From NCBI RefSeq assembly GCF_964194155.1, contig NC_135896.1:99138001-99202000 (forward strand): a DNA stretch of 64,000 bases, in the 5' to 3' direction. The translations under genes and the position numbers were made by a program. The notes under the pieces were generated by a model, which was not told where the DNA came from, ran no database searches, and saw nothing but the letters and a program-made list of their open reading frames with translations. This stretch comes from Cetorhinus maximus (lineage: Eukaryota). Of the stretch, positions 38,414 through 52,810 are shown piece by piece. Position 1 is the first letter of the stretch. Each line of letters begins with the position of its first letter.

Positions 38414-40339
38414 CTCATTTCATGTCCTGTTTTACCCACTTACCTTTGGAGAAGCACCTAAGGACACATGTCAAAGACAAGAATATCCAGTTCTGATCAC
38501 AAGGCGGGTGAGGGGTGTGGGTGGGTGTCTTATTGTTACTCTCCTGTTCCAAAGTTAGATATTGGACAATGTGGTCACATCATTAAAATGTAAGATGCTC
38601 AAAACATTATTGGAATGACCAGCAACACTGCATTTGAGAGAATATCTAAGGCAGATCCAAAAGTTGTAAGAATCACCAAATGCACGTCTACGTGTAATAC
38701 ACTCAGAACTTTGTATCATCATACATTGTTATTGTTAAAATACTCCTGCTGACACAGCAGTGAAATGTTATATGGTACAGATACAGGACCATATGGAAAG
38801 GAGATGAAGCACAGTATAATACCCCCGGGAAAGGGTTGGGTTTTGACAAACTCTTAAAGCTGCTATCTAAACTGATGGATGAGACAATTTATTTATATTC
38901 TTATGTTTGATATAATCCAGTTACACAGGAGGCTCAGTCACTATTTTAATGCAATCAGAGATTTCTGTAGTGTAACACTACTGATGGGGGAATTGGCCCA
39001 TTTTTCAGCCCTATAATCATTTCTAATCAATCATGAGGCAATAAAAAGATTTTTATTTCTTGTTGTACAATTGTGATTGAACCAATTTTTTTGCAAGAGC
39101 ATCACTCAAGAATATCAGTTGTCAGGCAATATAACAACCAGTTAGAATCTAACTGATACTGGGATTATTTTTGGTTTCAGTGCAGAGAGATCAAAACAAT
39201 TGATTGATTTAAATGGTAAAAGTGACAGTGTTTTAAAAGTGAAACAATGTTTTAAAGATGATCCCATAAGAAGAAAGAAAGAACTTGCATTAATTTAACA
39301 TCTTTCATAATCTCAGCACATCCCAAAATGCTTCATACAAACATAAACATATGAAATAGGAGCAGAAGAAGGCTACTCAGCCCATCGAGCTTGCTCTGCC
39401 ATTCAATAAGATAATGGCTGATCTGTTTGTGTTTCGAGATCCACTTTCCCATCTACCCTTGATGACCTTCGATTCCCTTACCTAACAAGCATTACTGATT
39501 TTTGACATGCATGCTAAAGGCATTAGTGTCTGATAAAAAGGTCCAGTGCTGTAATTGTCTCCAAAATCTGGAAAACACTTAGAAACTGACCTGACATGAA
39601 AAGCAAAATTATAACAATTTAATTTGTGTATTTTAGGAATTCTTCAGCATTAAAGAAATTAACAAACACCAGTTTCATTTTTTTTATGGGGGTATAATGG
39701 TAATCAGATTTTATTAGTTTAAAGCCTGTGACAGATACTAATCTCAAACCTGTATGTTTTACTCAATTTATTCTGCAGAGCTCAGTTTCAGGAGGTCGTA
39801 TCCCTTTTAAACTGGTTGCAGTTGCAAATCTGCTGCACAGAAGAAAGCTCTGGCTCTGTGTGATTGCACAAGTACAGGGTTCCTATCCTGCTTAAATCTA
39901 AATACTTTGGTGGGTGGAGGGTGGGGGTGGGGCGGGGGCCAGTAGGAGGTGATACAGAGGCTGGGTCATCTCATTCTAAACATTTAACTCAGCTCTAGGT
40001 ATATTTATCAGGTATAGCGGATGCACTTTTCAAATCTAGTTTGACACAGTATTGCAATAAAATACCATGTGGCATCAAATCCTAATGTCCTGAGGATACC
40101 TGACCCAGAGGATGTCTCATAGTTCCCTCTGTGTAATTAGATTCAGGTTAATTCCGGATTTATAAAGCAACATTCCCATTGCAGCCTAAGTCGCATCAGA
40201 AATGTTCAATAACATTTAAAACATTGCTTAGTAAACTGAAAAAGTTTTCACAAGGTCTATTGGACATTCTGGGCACTTTGACATTGTCACCTTGTATCAG
40301 ACTGTAATAATACCATGTTTAATACACAGCCTGGCCAGT

Positions 40340-40610
40340 GTGAGACTGCCTGTTAGAGGTGGTCTTGTATCTTGAAAAGAGATTTTTATGCAGTGAGTTG
40401 TTATAATGTAGGATGTACTACCACCTGAAAGGATGGTGGGAGCAGATTCAATCACTTTGAAAAGGGAATTAAATTTACACTTGAAAAGAAAATATTTGTA
40501 GGGTTGTGGGGCAAGAGGAGGGGAGTGGGACCAATCGGATAGCTCTTTCAAGGAGTTGGCATAGCAATGATGGGCCAAATGGCCTTGTTCTGTACTGCGT
40601 GATTTGATGT
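40340..40610 (+). mobile_element. CR1 3' end fragment
   Basis: ggtgggagcagattcaatc...gatgggccaaatggcct tail. Confidence 0.6.
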
Positions 40611-42049
40611 ACACTATCTTCAGAAAATGAATGTATACACCTAACAGCTTCAGAAAATGTGCTTTCATACATACCCAGTAAAAACAAATTGCAAATAGAC
40701 AAGGCAGTTAAGTACTATCAAAGGACATATAACATCACACCACTGTATGTTAATAAACACATGGGTGTTTTTGTTGATACTGTACCAGTTGTACTATGTA
40801 AAAGCAATCAAAATTTGGAAGAGCCAAAAGAGAAATACAAATAATTAAAACACATGACACATCATCCCCCAATAATCAGAAATGGGGTTTGAAATGCCAA
40901 CATTTATTTAGTTCTCTATCAGATTGTCTTCACACATGAATCTTTTCAGATTATTGTTGACAAGACATGTTTTATTTAATTGCATTAAATTAGATTATTT
41001 GCTTAATATGTTCCTTGCTTTACAAGCATGGTCCATTGAGAATGTTTAGCCAATAATTTGGAATTAATTTTGTTTGGGGATTTCTAATACTGTCTGATTG
41101 TTCCTGAGGAAGATGCTTTATAACTTTATGTAATTTTCACATTTGTGCCGACCTGTTTCAATCTTTCCCCCAAACTTGGTGGAGATGGAAAGTGCACAGT
41201 AAAGTTTCTTTTAGTGTTTCTGTATCTTGGACTGAGTGAAATTCAGCTTAATGTTTTTGAAGCAATGGGATGTTAAATTTTACTCCGTTCAGCATTTTAA
41301 AACTAAAATCAATAGGCAGTAACACCAACATTGGATGAAATGTCTTACATGGTTTATAAAGATGGAATTGCCTTCGTTTCTCTATTCGGATACCCATGCC
41401 ATTGCTTCATAAGGTAACAGATGCCCATGGACACCTGTGGGCATGCAGAAACTTCCAGTGGGAGAGTCTTGATCAGGAATCAAATAGCACTAAATAGACC
41501 AAGAAGAAAATCAGTTTCGATAGATTGTCAAGCTTATTTTGCCACTTGTTCTGGAAATTTAACCAATATAAATGGAACCAAGTAAATAAAAACTGCAGGT
41601 GCTGAATATCTGAAATAAAAACATGTTGGAAACACTCAGCATGTTGGGCAGCATCTGTGAAAAGAATTGACAGATGTAATCCTTCATCCAGGAAGAAGTA
41701 ACACCGAAAAGGTTAACTTGTTTGCTCTCTCCATTGACGCTGGCTTGAAAAGAAATCACTCCTGGTATGTGGACTTCACTGACAAGGTGTAATATTTATT
41801 ACCCATCTCTAATAGCCCTTGAAAAGGTGGTGAGCCTTCATCTTGAACCATTGCCATCCGTATGGTGAAGGTGCTCCCCATAACACTGTTAAGCAGGGAG
41901 TTACTGACCCAGGGGTGGTGAGGGAGCGCACTATCTATCCAAATCTGCATAGTGGGCTATTTGGATGGGAACTTGGAGAGGAACCGAACTGCTAAGCATT
42001 TGCAGCATTTTCTATAAGTGAAACCAATCCGTAAAAATCTTATAGTTAA

Positions 42050-42335
42050 ATAAAAGTGTGGTTGCTGGAAATCTGAAACAAACACAGGAAATGCTGGAAA
42101 TACTCTGGCAGTATCTGTGGAGAGAAAGACGGAGGGTAACGTTTCGAGTCCGTATGACTCTTCTTCAGAGTTAACTTCCCCCCCACCTCTCCCATAAACC
42201 AGCTTATATTTCACCCCTTTCCTATTTCTGCTTAGTTCTGTTGAAGGGTCATGAGGACTCGAAACGTCAACTTTGTTCTTCTCCGCCGATGCTGCCAGAC
42301 TTGCTGAGTTTTTCCAGGTATTTCTGTTTTTGTTA
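42050..42335. mobile_element. Inverted pair of Penelope tails upstream of GJD2
   Basis: Minus-strand tail at 42050-42175 followed by a plus-strand tail at 42180-42335 that is nearly identical to 38250-38413. Confidence 0.72.
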
Positions 42336-43315
42336 GCAAGAAACTTTGTCTCTTCCGTAAGGATCTTAGCCTGATGTATATTTGATAGCAGGAGGATGTT
42401 AAATAGCCCACTGTCTTTAAGGGTTGTGGTCGTGTTCTGGTAGAATCCAGAAAAATGGCAATATTCGATCAAAGTTCATGTGGTGGCGATTGGTGGTTAA
42501 CTGCTGTGTAGAGTGGTATCCAACATAACCACTCGCCCACTGCCCCGCTAAACTGTCAGGTCCGCGGGTTACGCTGTTTATTTTACAGTTTTACCTGGCC
42601 TCCCCTGTTTAACTTAGGGCAACAAACCGCCGGAGCTGAAAACCTGCGACCAAATTTAGAAAACAGTGGGCAGATGGAGCAGAGAAATGTGTGGAGAACA
42701 CAAGTGATAGCTCCTCCAAACAGACCCTTCATTCCTCAGAACCGAAACTGGGAGAACGCTGACTTTTTCTTTAAAGAACAGCAGCTCCTTAAGGTTTTAA
42801 TATCGATTAAAAAAAAAACAAAAATCAAATTCCAACCACTGTTGCTGAAGGAATCGCTGGTTCCACGGACAGATGCTGTCTGATCCGCAGAGTTGTCTCC
42901 AAGGTTTTACTGTGTTGGATTTGGCTTTGACGATTTATATTTCTAACCTCCCACAGTTGCACGGCAGATATTTCAACGCTCTGAGATTACGATGGAAATT
43001 TTGCTGCGAATTAATCCTCCCTGGGATATTTCAAAATAATGAAAACGAGAAAATCCTTCTTCATTTAGCTGATGTCTATATATATATATAAAAAACCTGC
43101 CTGTGCGTGACGCAGGAGGTAAGTATTTAAAGGAAGATTAGAGCCCTCATGACTCTAAGTACCATCTTCTCCCATTCGGACCACTGCAGTCTCCCTGTCA
43201 AAAGCGAGCGAGGATTATGTTAATCGGCAGGGCTGGAGGAGAGGGAGAGAGGCGCTGTGTGGAGGTACCGTTGCGTATTGGCGTTTCTCCCGGGCCGTGT
43301 CGAGTTCAGAGCTAA

Positions 43316-43525
<210 letters not shown>

Positions 43526-44210
43526 TAAGAGGATTGCCAAGATCTGCAAAATCAGCAAAACGAACCCTTAACGCGGCCAAGTCAGTTCGGGCGTAGCATT
43601 CATCCCGAAGAGTTTAATCCATTATTATGTATCCATAATGACTGTTAGCTTTGCTAGCATTTCAATCCAGGTCGCGGAGCATCTCAGATCCAGGAAATTT
43701 CAAAGGTACCTTGGAAACAGGGAGGGTAAAAGTAAATGTGCGTTTGGAAGCGGATGGTTGGTTCGCCTGTGGGCGAATGGCCTTCCCCGAGTCTCTGCTA
43801 GCAATGTGAACGTGTACAGAGTTGCATAAAAATGAGCCTCTCCTCGGAGTTGTGTGGGTGGATGGTTTGCAACTTGGGAGGGACCCGGGGTAGAGAATGT
43901 GTTTGGGGGGGTGGGGGGGTGGGGGGTAAAAAGCAGGCGGCCCCTTTAGGGGCAGGAACCTTGATCCATGTTCTCCCCCAAGTTGTCACTACGAAGTGAC
44001 AGTGAGTCCACATGCAATGATCCTATCACTGGTCTGGTGGAGATCAGTTTGCACAACCTGGATCATATCTTTTATTTTTAATGGTTCATTAAAGAATGCA
44101 CTTTGTCTACTTTAAAAAAAACAAACAGGCGGGTCTCCCAGAAGGACCTTTACAGTTACCAAACGGGCTGAAGCACTTCCACCTTCTATTTATTCTATCT
44201 CCTCTCTTAG

Positions 44211-45048
44211 GATTTTGCTGACGGTGGTGGTTATCTTCCGTATCCTGGTCGTGGCTATTGTCGGGGAGACGGTGTATGATGACGAGCAGACTATGTTTGT
44301 CTGCAACACTCTTCAGCCCGGCTGTAACCAAGCCTGTTACGACAAAGCTTTCCCAATCTCCCACATACGTTACTGGGTGTTCCAGATCATCATGGTGTGC
44401 ACCCCCAGCCTCTGCTTCATAACCTACTCGGTCCACCAGTCCTCCAAGCAGAGGGAGAGGCAGTATGCCAGCGTCTTCATCACAATGGACAAAGACAAGA
44501 AGAGGGAAGACAACAAGATTAAAAATACAATTGTGAACGGCATTCTCCAGAACTCGGAAAATCCGATGAAGGGGACCCAGGCAGACTTTCTGGAAGTCAA
44601 AGAAATGCAAAACTCGGCTGCCAGGAACAGCAAAATGTCGAAAATACGGCGGCAAGAAGGGATTTCCCGTTTCTACATCATCCAGGTGGTTTTCAGAAAT
44701 GCCCTGGAGATCGGGTTCCTGATGGGACAGTATTTCCTGTACGGATTCAATGTCCCGTCCATGTATGTGTGTGACCGCTACCCCTGCATTAAAGAGGTCG
44801 AGTGCTATGTGTCCAGACCCACCGAGAAGACGGTGTTCCTGGTCTTCATGTTCGCGGTGAGTGGACTCTGTGTCGTCCTGAACTTGGCGGAACTGAATCA
44901 CCTGGGCTGGAGGAAGATCAAAACGGCGGTGAGAGGGGCGCAGGAACGGCGGAAATCCATCTATGAGATCAGAAACAAGGATTCGCCGCACAGAATGGGG
45001 GTGCCCAACTTCGGCCGGACTCAATCCAGTGACTCGGCTTATGTGTGA
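44211..45048 (+). CDS. GJD2: Gap junction delta-2 (connexin 35/36), coding exon 2
   Basis: [12 protein letters not shown]...[14 protein letters not shown]...[12 protein letters not shown]...[10 protein letters not shown]. Spliced CDS is 909 nt = 302 aa and ends in the PDZ-binding SAYV. Confidence 0.97.
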
Positions 45049-46384
45049 GGTTAACCCTTACCATTCCCTTCGCCATGGTCACATTCTATGGACAGAGTTT
45101 ACCAGGGGTGACCCTTTTGGCTCCAGTCTTATTATCTCGTCCCGGCTGCCAAATGGAATCGATTCACTTCGTCCGGAATATCAAGTTGAACACGGTACTT
45201 TTCCGCCTTGTCAAGAGATAGCAACAAGTAACTGCGATTGCTCGCTCTCACTTATGTTGTTGTGCATTTTAAAACGTGTAAATAACTCTTTCCAAAGTGC
45301 AGGTTTTAATTAACACAGGTTAAAAAACAAACAAACCTGCGCAATATCGATGATGGAGGATTCGGATGAAATGAGTTATTATTAAATGACTTGCAGGCAT
45401 CGCACTCTCTCGTTATTTGCACCATCGCTATTACTCTCAGCAACACAATTGATACTCTATAGAACTGGCATCGCATTAATGACAAAACTGGCCGACTGCT
45501 GTCTCAGAGCACAGCGGACCCTCCCTGGCTGTTACTCAGTGGTTGCCTTTGGTAAATGGTGTGTAATGTACATGTGCGATCTTATTTCAAGATAGCGGGC
45601 AACTTCTGCTTGGAGGTGTGCGTTTTAGCACTGGTTACTTCACCCTGGGCATTGATGCTGGTACAGAGAGCTGGAGTGGACGACAATTGTATATTTTCTT
45701 TTAAACCATGGTCACTGTATACATTTCGTTCCTTTAAATGTAGTTGCATACGGTTGAAATGAAGTCCCTTTGACAATCCATTTTGTACTAACAGTCTTTG
45801 CCGTGACTAGGGATTGTTGGCCCGAACTCGCCTGCCTGTCCCCACCGTCAACCTTAACTTATGTCATTCTGTGTATCCGAGTTTATTTTAAATACCGTTT
45901 GCGACATGTTTGTATTTTCAACGGCTATAAGACAATGCACCGGTCAGAGCTGTGTGTGTATATATATATTATATATATATGTCGATATTTATTTCCTATG
46001 TTCTGATTAGTACGAGATGTACATAGCTGGTAGGACCAAGGCACCTGTCGATCAGTCCATAAATTATTTTCCTATTATAGACTGTTTCGGAGAGAAGACG
46101 GGGTCTCTCTCCCAGGTCCCCCGGCGAATATTTATCCCTCAGCCAATATCTCTAAGATAGATCGGGAGTGAAATTGGATGGACGCAGGATCGGGAAAAAA
46201 AAGGCTAAATTGTGCTTTTCCACCATTCCTGGATACACGACATATTCGGTTATATTCCATTATATGGAAAGTCAATTGAACTGAATATCGGGCCCCTGAT
46301 AACAATGATATAATAATGATATAATAGGCCACTGATGCAGTAAAGTCAGTTTTATGTCTGCCACCAAAGCCCAATTTTGCCATC

Positions 46385-46560
46385 ATTAACTGGTCGTTAT
46401 TTCATTGCTATTTGCGATTTTGCTGTGGGCAAATTGGCTGCTATGATTGCCACATTATAACAGTAACTATACTTTCAAAGTGTGCTTAATTGGATGTAAA
46501 GCGCTTTGGAATACGCTGAGGTCATGAAAGGTTCTATCTAAACGCAAATCTTTTATTCTT
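46385..46560 (+). mobile_element. SINE 3' half (DeuSINE/SacSINE1-like); related copies at about 57830-58170 and 61030-61180
   Basis: Shared cattgctgt...aaattggctg...ctttggga...gaaagg.gctat..aaa.gcaa pattern across the three sites. Family name is from recall. Confidence 0.55.
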
Positions 46561-47086
46561 TTAACTTCAGCAATGTCATCTTATTAGTGTTGTTTCTTGA
46601 GTGCCATACCTTAAATGAAAACAAACTTCAAGTTAACATAAAACTAAGATGAACAAGACTGAGTACTTTCTCTCATGTCACCTTGCTATCGTTTATTTCC
46701 AACCTCTTGTTAGTTCACCTGTACCAATTGTTATACAAAAATAAAGTTTTGTTAGTGAACTGTTTGGTCTGCTTATTCAGGTCCACTTACTCAGTAAGAA
46801 AAAAAAAATACTTGGACCCATCAGCTGTCATTGAACTAATTTTAATATTCAGTGTTTTGGAAAAAAAAATTGCATTGAGAACTAAAATCAAAAATATTTT
46901 GAACATTCATAGATAGGAAAGTACAATCTGCAGAAAGGTCGATTATAATACCTTAAACCATCATAATGATAAAAAACACTGATGTTCAGTGTTAAAGCAA
47001 CCATTGTGTGAGATGGGAAAATGCAGAGGGAAACAAAGTAATTCCTAGTGTGGGCTAAACACTTCAGCTACAAACATACAAAGCGG

Positions 47087-47225
47087 TGTCAGCTGTGGCT
47101 CAGTCCATAGCACCCTCACCTTTGAATCAGAAGGTTGTGGGTTCATGTCCCACTCCTGGAAACCAAGAACTGTGAATATACTTGAAAGAGTTACAATCTG
47201 TGACTGTTGATAACTTGAAAGAGTT
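47087..47225 (+). repeat. 139-bp element with a tRNA-SINE-like head, copy 2
   Basis: A-box-like tggctcagt and B-box-like ggttcatgtcc; inverted near-copy of 30481-30619. Confidence 0.85.
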
Positions 47226-50209
47226 ACAAATATACAAACCAGCTGGTGAGGTTTGTTAAATTTATAATGCAAATTTTACTACAGTGAATAACATGAGGCT
47301 GTATATATTATTTTAGAAATTATTGTTTGCATACAAATGTTGTTACCTGTTTTTGTTAAATATACCAAAATCAATATAACAATATTTATAGGAGAAAAGT
47401 AAGTGTAAATCCTGTTGAAATAAACATACTATAACAAAAACAAATTTCAGCCTTGGGCTGCATGTGACTTTTAAGTTAATGTCTTGCTGTAGGAGTGTAT
47501 AGCTGTAGGTCCTGTACCTGCATTTCAACTGCTTTGTGTGAAAGCAGATTTCAGTCACCGTCCAATTGAGAAATTCTTTACATTTTGATATCTATTTATA
47601 GGAAAATGTCAGTCACATTAAATGCTGTTTACTATAAACCCATGGTTAAATTGGGAGTAATGTTAGATTTCCTTCATGTGTGATTACAAATTGATATCAG
47701 GAGTTCAGACAGTTTGGTGGAATTAAAGTGTCTTTAATAAGTTAATGCAGTTTTGCAGTGAAGACATTTTGGTTGATAAGAACTTATCAGTAAATTAAAC
47801 CAAAAACAGAAAACTGCAGAACAGTTTGATGAAAGATCACCGACCTGAAACATTAACTTTGTTGTACTCTCCACAGACTTGCTGAATGTATTCATTATTT
47901 TCTGTTTCTTTTTCCTATTAATTAATTGTTCACTTTGCTTACTAGGTGACCAATTAAGTTGAACAGACCTTTGAAACTAATTGGCAAATGGATTTGTATG
48001 AAACACCTATGAGCAGGATTCCCCTGACATACCAGGAGAGACACTGGGTCTGCAGGAATTCATTTTTGTCTTGAATTATATTTATAACTGTCAACTTCAC
48101 TTGATTTTTTGAAAAACACATTTTATTGTCTTTGTTTCTTAAGTTCAAAAAGTACCAGGGGTAAATCTCAGGGAGGGTGCTCCAAGTCCTTCTGAAGCCA
48201 TTAAGAAGAAGATGGTAGACTCTGTAGGGAATAATCAAACAGCACCATGTAGGAGCAATGTTAATGTGTGGAGGATGAGATTTTGAGAGCTTCTTTCTGG
48301 GTAGAAAAGGAACAGAGGTGGCCTCAAAAATGCTGGGTAATAATTTACCACTCCATTCCCACTGTCATGGTAGCTGTTGCAATCTTCCTCTGGATCTATT
48401 GCTGAACAGCTGGACTGTTTGCCTGATCAGAGAGTGAGCCTTTTTAAAATGCAGATCGAGGTCCAACAATGTACCTAGGAGCCCACTTGCCAGTTTTGGA
48501 CTGCACTGGGTAGATTATGTGTTGCATGTGCTATGCACAGCATCAGTGCAGCTGGAGACGAGTCCAAAGGTCAGGCTTTGATGAAAATTTGTGGGGCTGA
48601 GAGGTGGAGAGTGCTCCTCCAGGCTCCACAATATCAGCCTGGGCCACTGACAGACACATCTCACTCTCCACCAAGATTGACCCCCACATCGGCAACCCTC
48701 TGTCCCCACCCCCCACCACAGTCTTCCTTCTTCCACCCTTAAGGCTGGCTGGACCACCTGATATTACTCTGGTCCAGAGCCAGCGGGCTGACCCACTCAG
48801 TTGCTACAGTTCAGTTTACTTCAAATTGAAATAAATATATTTCAGTTGACAGTGACAAAGGATTCTACTTGACCCCAGGCTCACTACAATACCAGTTATT
48901 GGCGTATAATGGTTTGGTCCACTTTATAGAATGAGGTTTTGGCATGTAACATGAGTGAAATATCTGAGCATAAAGCTGAAAAAAGTAACAATGGTGATAA
49001 CAAGTTGTTATCAATTATAGACCAAAAAACAGGCTATTGAAAACTTTTATGTTTGAAGTAAACTGAGCTTTAGCAAAGAGCAGTGTAAAGAATGAATACA
49101 AGAGGTGCTGATCAAGAGTTGGCATGGGCGCAAGGGATTGAAGAGGAAAAAGACAATGAGCATGCATGCCAGTTGGAAGAGCTTAAACTCAGGGTTGAAG
49201 AAAGGAAATGTTTACATAGTCTTGATGTTGAAAGTGAAGGAAATTCAGAGTGAATTTCAGGCTAAGGAGAAAAATAGATCAGTGAAGTATAAGGAAAATG
49301 AGGGAAGCGACCTGATGAGAAGAAGCTGCACACAAATTCAAAACATGGGAACAGGAGAAACAGTGACAACACAGAGGCTTTCTACAAATAAAAGCAGAGG
49401 AAAAGTATTGATGTGCTCTTGAACTGGACAAGTGAGGCATATTGATGACAATCAAATCGATAATATGATATAGAATAACTTCACTAAATCCAGATTATAC
49501 CAGATTTCAAAGACTGGGACAATATGTGTGGATTCTTAAAGGTTTTTAAATTGTTGGCAAACTACCATATGCAAATCAAAGGAATTTGAAAAGTGTGCTG
49601 TCATTCTGTATTACAGTTCATGTGCGAATCCAATAAGAAATATAGATTTATGAAATTGTAAAACATACTATTCTTATTTGTATTGAGAACAAAGATCAAA
49701 AATAGAAAGCAGATTCAGTGGTAATTTTCAAAAGGGAATTAGATATATATTTGCAAAAGAAAATGTTGCAGGGCTATGGGGAATGAGCAGGGAATTGGGA
49801 CTTATTGGATAGGTCTTTCAAGGAGCTACATAGACACAATGGCTGAATGCTTGAATCAGCTGAGCAAATGCTTTAAATGTTACAGGAAGTTTTGTCTATA
49901 TTTATAGAGAGTTGGTCATAAAGTTGAAGAACATTTGGAAATTGTGGCTAGAGGTCAAGAATGTAAGTGATTATAAGTTAATTGATGTTAAATGGTCTAA
50001 AAAAATTCTGGAAGTGGGTCCAGATGATTTAAGCATGGCTCATCCAGTTGTATGACCGGCAGTGCAAGGGCCTGAAGCAATTGGGTGACTTAGCTGATCA
50101 TTTTGCGCCTCATGAGAATCAAGAGAGTGTCATGTGGTGGGAAATCATGAGCTTCATGTGGAATCTCCAGTAAGCAGCTTACTGACCCAGCTGAAGAACA
50201 ACAGCAGAA

Positions 50210-50960
50210 CAACTTATATTTATATACTACCTTAAAAATAGTAAAACGTCCCAAAGCAGATCAAAGGAGCATTATCAAACTAAGTTTGACACTGAGCCAC
50301 ATAAGGAGACATTAGAACAAAGGAGCAAAAGCTTGGTCAAAGGGGGGAGGTTTTAAGGAGAATTTTAAAGCAGGAAAGAAAGGTAGTGAGCCTTGGCAGC
50401 TGATAGCTGGAGTGATTAAAATCGGTGATTCTCGAGAGGAACAAGAAAAAGCCATTTAGCCTCTCGAGCCTGTTCCAATGACCACAGGAGCATAGATATC
50501 TTGGAGGGCGGGGGGACATTACAGAGATAGGGGCGAGGCCACAGAAGGATTTGAAAACAAATCTGAGAATTTTAAAATCAAAGCATTGCTTAGGCGGAAG
50601 CCAGTGCAGGTCAGCGAGCAACTGGGGTGATAGGTGCATGGGAATTAGTATGAGCTAGGATAAGGGCAGCAGAGCTTTGGATGACTTCAACTTTATCGAG
50701 GTGGGAGGTCAACCAAGAGAGCATTGGAATAGTCAAGTCAAAATGTAACAAAGGGATGAATGAGGGTTTCAGCAATAGGGCTGGAAAAGGTGATGTTACA
50801 GAGATGAAAATCAATGGTCATTGTGAAGATGCAGATATGGTGGTCAGAAGATCATCCTGGGGTCAAGTATGACATCAAGATTGCAGAAGTTCTGGTTCAA
50901 CCTCAGGCAGGTTCCTGGGAGAGGGGTGGTGTCAGTAGGTAAGGACCAGAATTTGAAGAC
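50210..50960 (-). mobile_element. L2-type LINE 3' fragment (small CR1 tail insert at about 50440-50480)
   Basis: LADLHWLP..DFKIL..VFKS and IQSSAALIL motifs. Confidence 0.75.
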
Positions 50961-51221
50961 AACGATCGAATGACAATGCCTATGTACTGTGAGCTTCTGT
51001 CAGTGGATCCCAGCAGATCACAGAAGGATGGCAGGAGTGCGAAACACAAAACAATCAATTGCTGGTCTATAAGTGAGTATTTGACAATTGTGAGCCTGAA
51101 TGCGACTATAAAATATATGATCTGCTGTGACCGTGAATATTGAACAGATATCATAATTCTTAAACCCAGTCATGCTAAAGATGAGTTGTACTAACATGAC
51201 ATCTGGTACAGTGGGATGATT

Positions 51222-51583
51222 CATTCATGAGGATGTGGGCATCATTGGCTAGGTCAGCATTTATTGGCCATCCCCAATTGCCCTTGTTTAGAGGGCATTT
51301 TAAAGAGTCAACCACTTTTGGGTCTGGAATCACATAGGCCAGACCAGGTGAGAACAGCAGATTCCTTCCCCAAAGGGCATTGGTGAACCAGATGGGTTTT
51401 TAAAAAAAAAAATGACAATCAACAATGGTTTCACAGGCACCAATAGACTTCTATTCCTGATCTCTGTTGAATTCAAATTGCACCATCTACCATGGTGGGA
51501 TTTGAACCTAGGTCCCTAGAGTATTATCCTGGGTCTCTGGATTACTAGTCCAACAACAATACCACTACACCATCACCTCCCCC
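51222..51583 (-). mobile_element. tRNA-derived SINE; second copy at about 57550-57812
   Basis: Minus-strand head ggggaggtgatggtgtagtgg ... ggttcaaatccc; tail shared with the LINE at 52160. Confidence 0.72.
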
Positions 51584-52159
51584 AATCTGAGCATAGATTG
51601 GGCCAGATTCATCAAGGAACATTAAGTAAAATACTGCAGATGCTGAAAATATGAAATAAAAACAGGAAATGCTGGAAAAATCATCAGGTCGGAAGCATCT
51701 GTGGAGGATACAAAACCTTTCAGATTTTATGAGTCCCTGAAAAATAGGAAAATATTATGGATGCACTGCTTAGGAGGATGAACAGAGCCAGGGAAGACAG
51801 GGAAAGTGAGAAAGTGACCACAGCACAGGAAAAGGAAAAGAATGAGCTGTAGAGTGATTACGTGAAAAAGAGAAACTAGCTGGGAGCCATGTTGCCTTGC
51901 ATAGTGGTACGTTTTATCAGAAAGAAGTGAGTGGACTTAGAGGAAATGTTCAATGTGCTACAAGTTTACAGGAAGATGGATTAGAGTGAGTAAGGGGGTA
52001 GAGAAGCTGACAGAGCTGGTGTCTTATCACCAGCTTTAAGTTTAAAAATCTGTAGAGAGTAAGGAAACCAGTGGGAGGATCCTGGGTGGAATGCAAATTC
52101 TGAAAAATAAAGTCTGCTTTGTAGGGGGAGCCTTATGACCAAAAAGGTTTTTTTTAAAT

Positions 52160-52810
52160 TAATTTATGAGATGTGGGCATCACTGCCTAGGCCAGCATTT
52201 ATTGCCCATCCCTAATTGCCCTTGAGAAGGTGGTGGGGAGCTGCCTTCTTCAGCCACTGCAGTCCCTGTGGTGTAGGTACACCCACAGTGCTGTTAGGGA
52301 GGGCGTTCCAGGATTTTGACCCAGTGACTGTGAAGGAATGGCGATATATTTCCAAGTCAGGATGGTGAGTGACTTGGAGGGGAACTTCCAGGTGGTGGTG
52401 TTCCCATGTGTCTGCTGCCCTTCTAGATGGTAGAGATCACGAGTTTGGAAGGTGCTGTCTAAGAAGCCTTGGTGAATTCCTGCAGTGCATCTTGTAGATG
52501 GTGCACACTGCTGCTACTGTGCGTCGGTGGTGGGGGGAGTGAATGTTTGTGGATGGGGTACCGATCAAGCGGGCTGCATTGTCCTGGACGGTGTCAAGCT
52601 TCCTGAGTGTTGTGGGAGCTGCACTCATCCAGGCAAGTGGGGAGTATTCCATCACACTCCTGACTTGTGCCTTGTAGATACCTTGGGGCGTCAGGAAGTG
52701 AGTTACTCGCCGCAGGATTCCCAGCCTCTGACCTGCTCTTTTAGCCACAGTATTTATATGGTTGGTCCAGTTCAGTTTCTGGTCAATAGTAACCCCAGGA
52801 TGTTGATAAA
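52160..52810 (-). mobile_element. CR1/L2-superfamily LINE 3' end
   Basis: AGQRLGILRRV...YKAQVRSVMEYSPLAW...LDTVQ..AARLIG, followed by the 3' UTR. Confidence 0.85.

Noticed and set aside
44107-45024. 305-aa minus-strand ORF
   Set aside because: Antisense shadow of GJD2 exon 2; no independent signals.
47087-47160. Possible tRNA gene
   Set aside because: A/B-box-like head but no convincing cloverleaf or terminator; SINE-derived.
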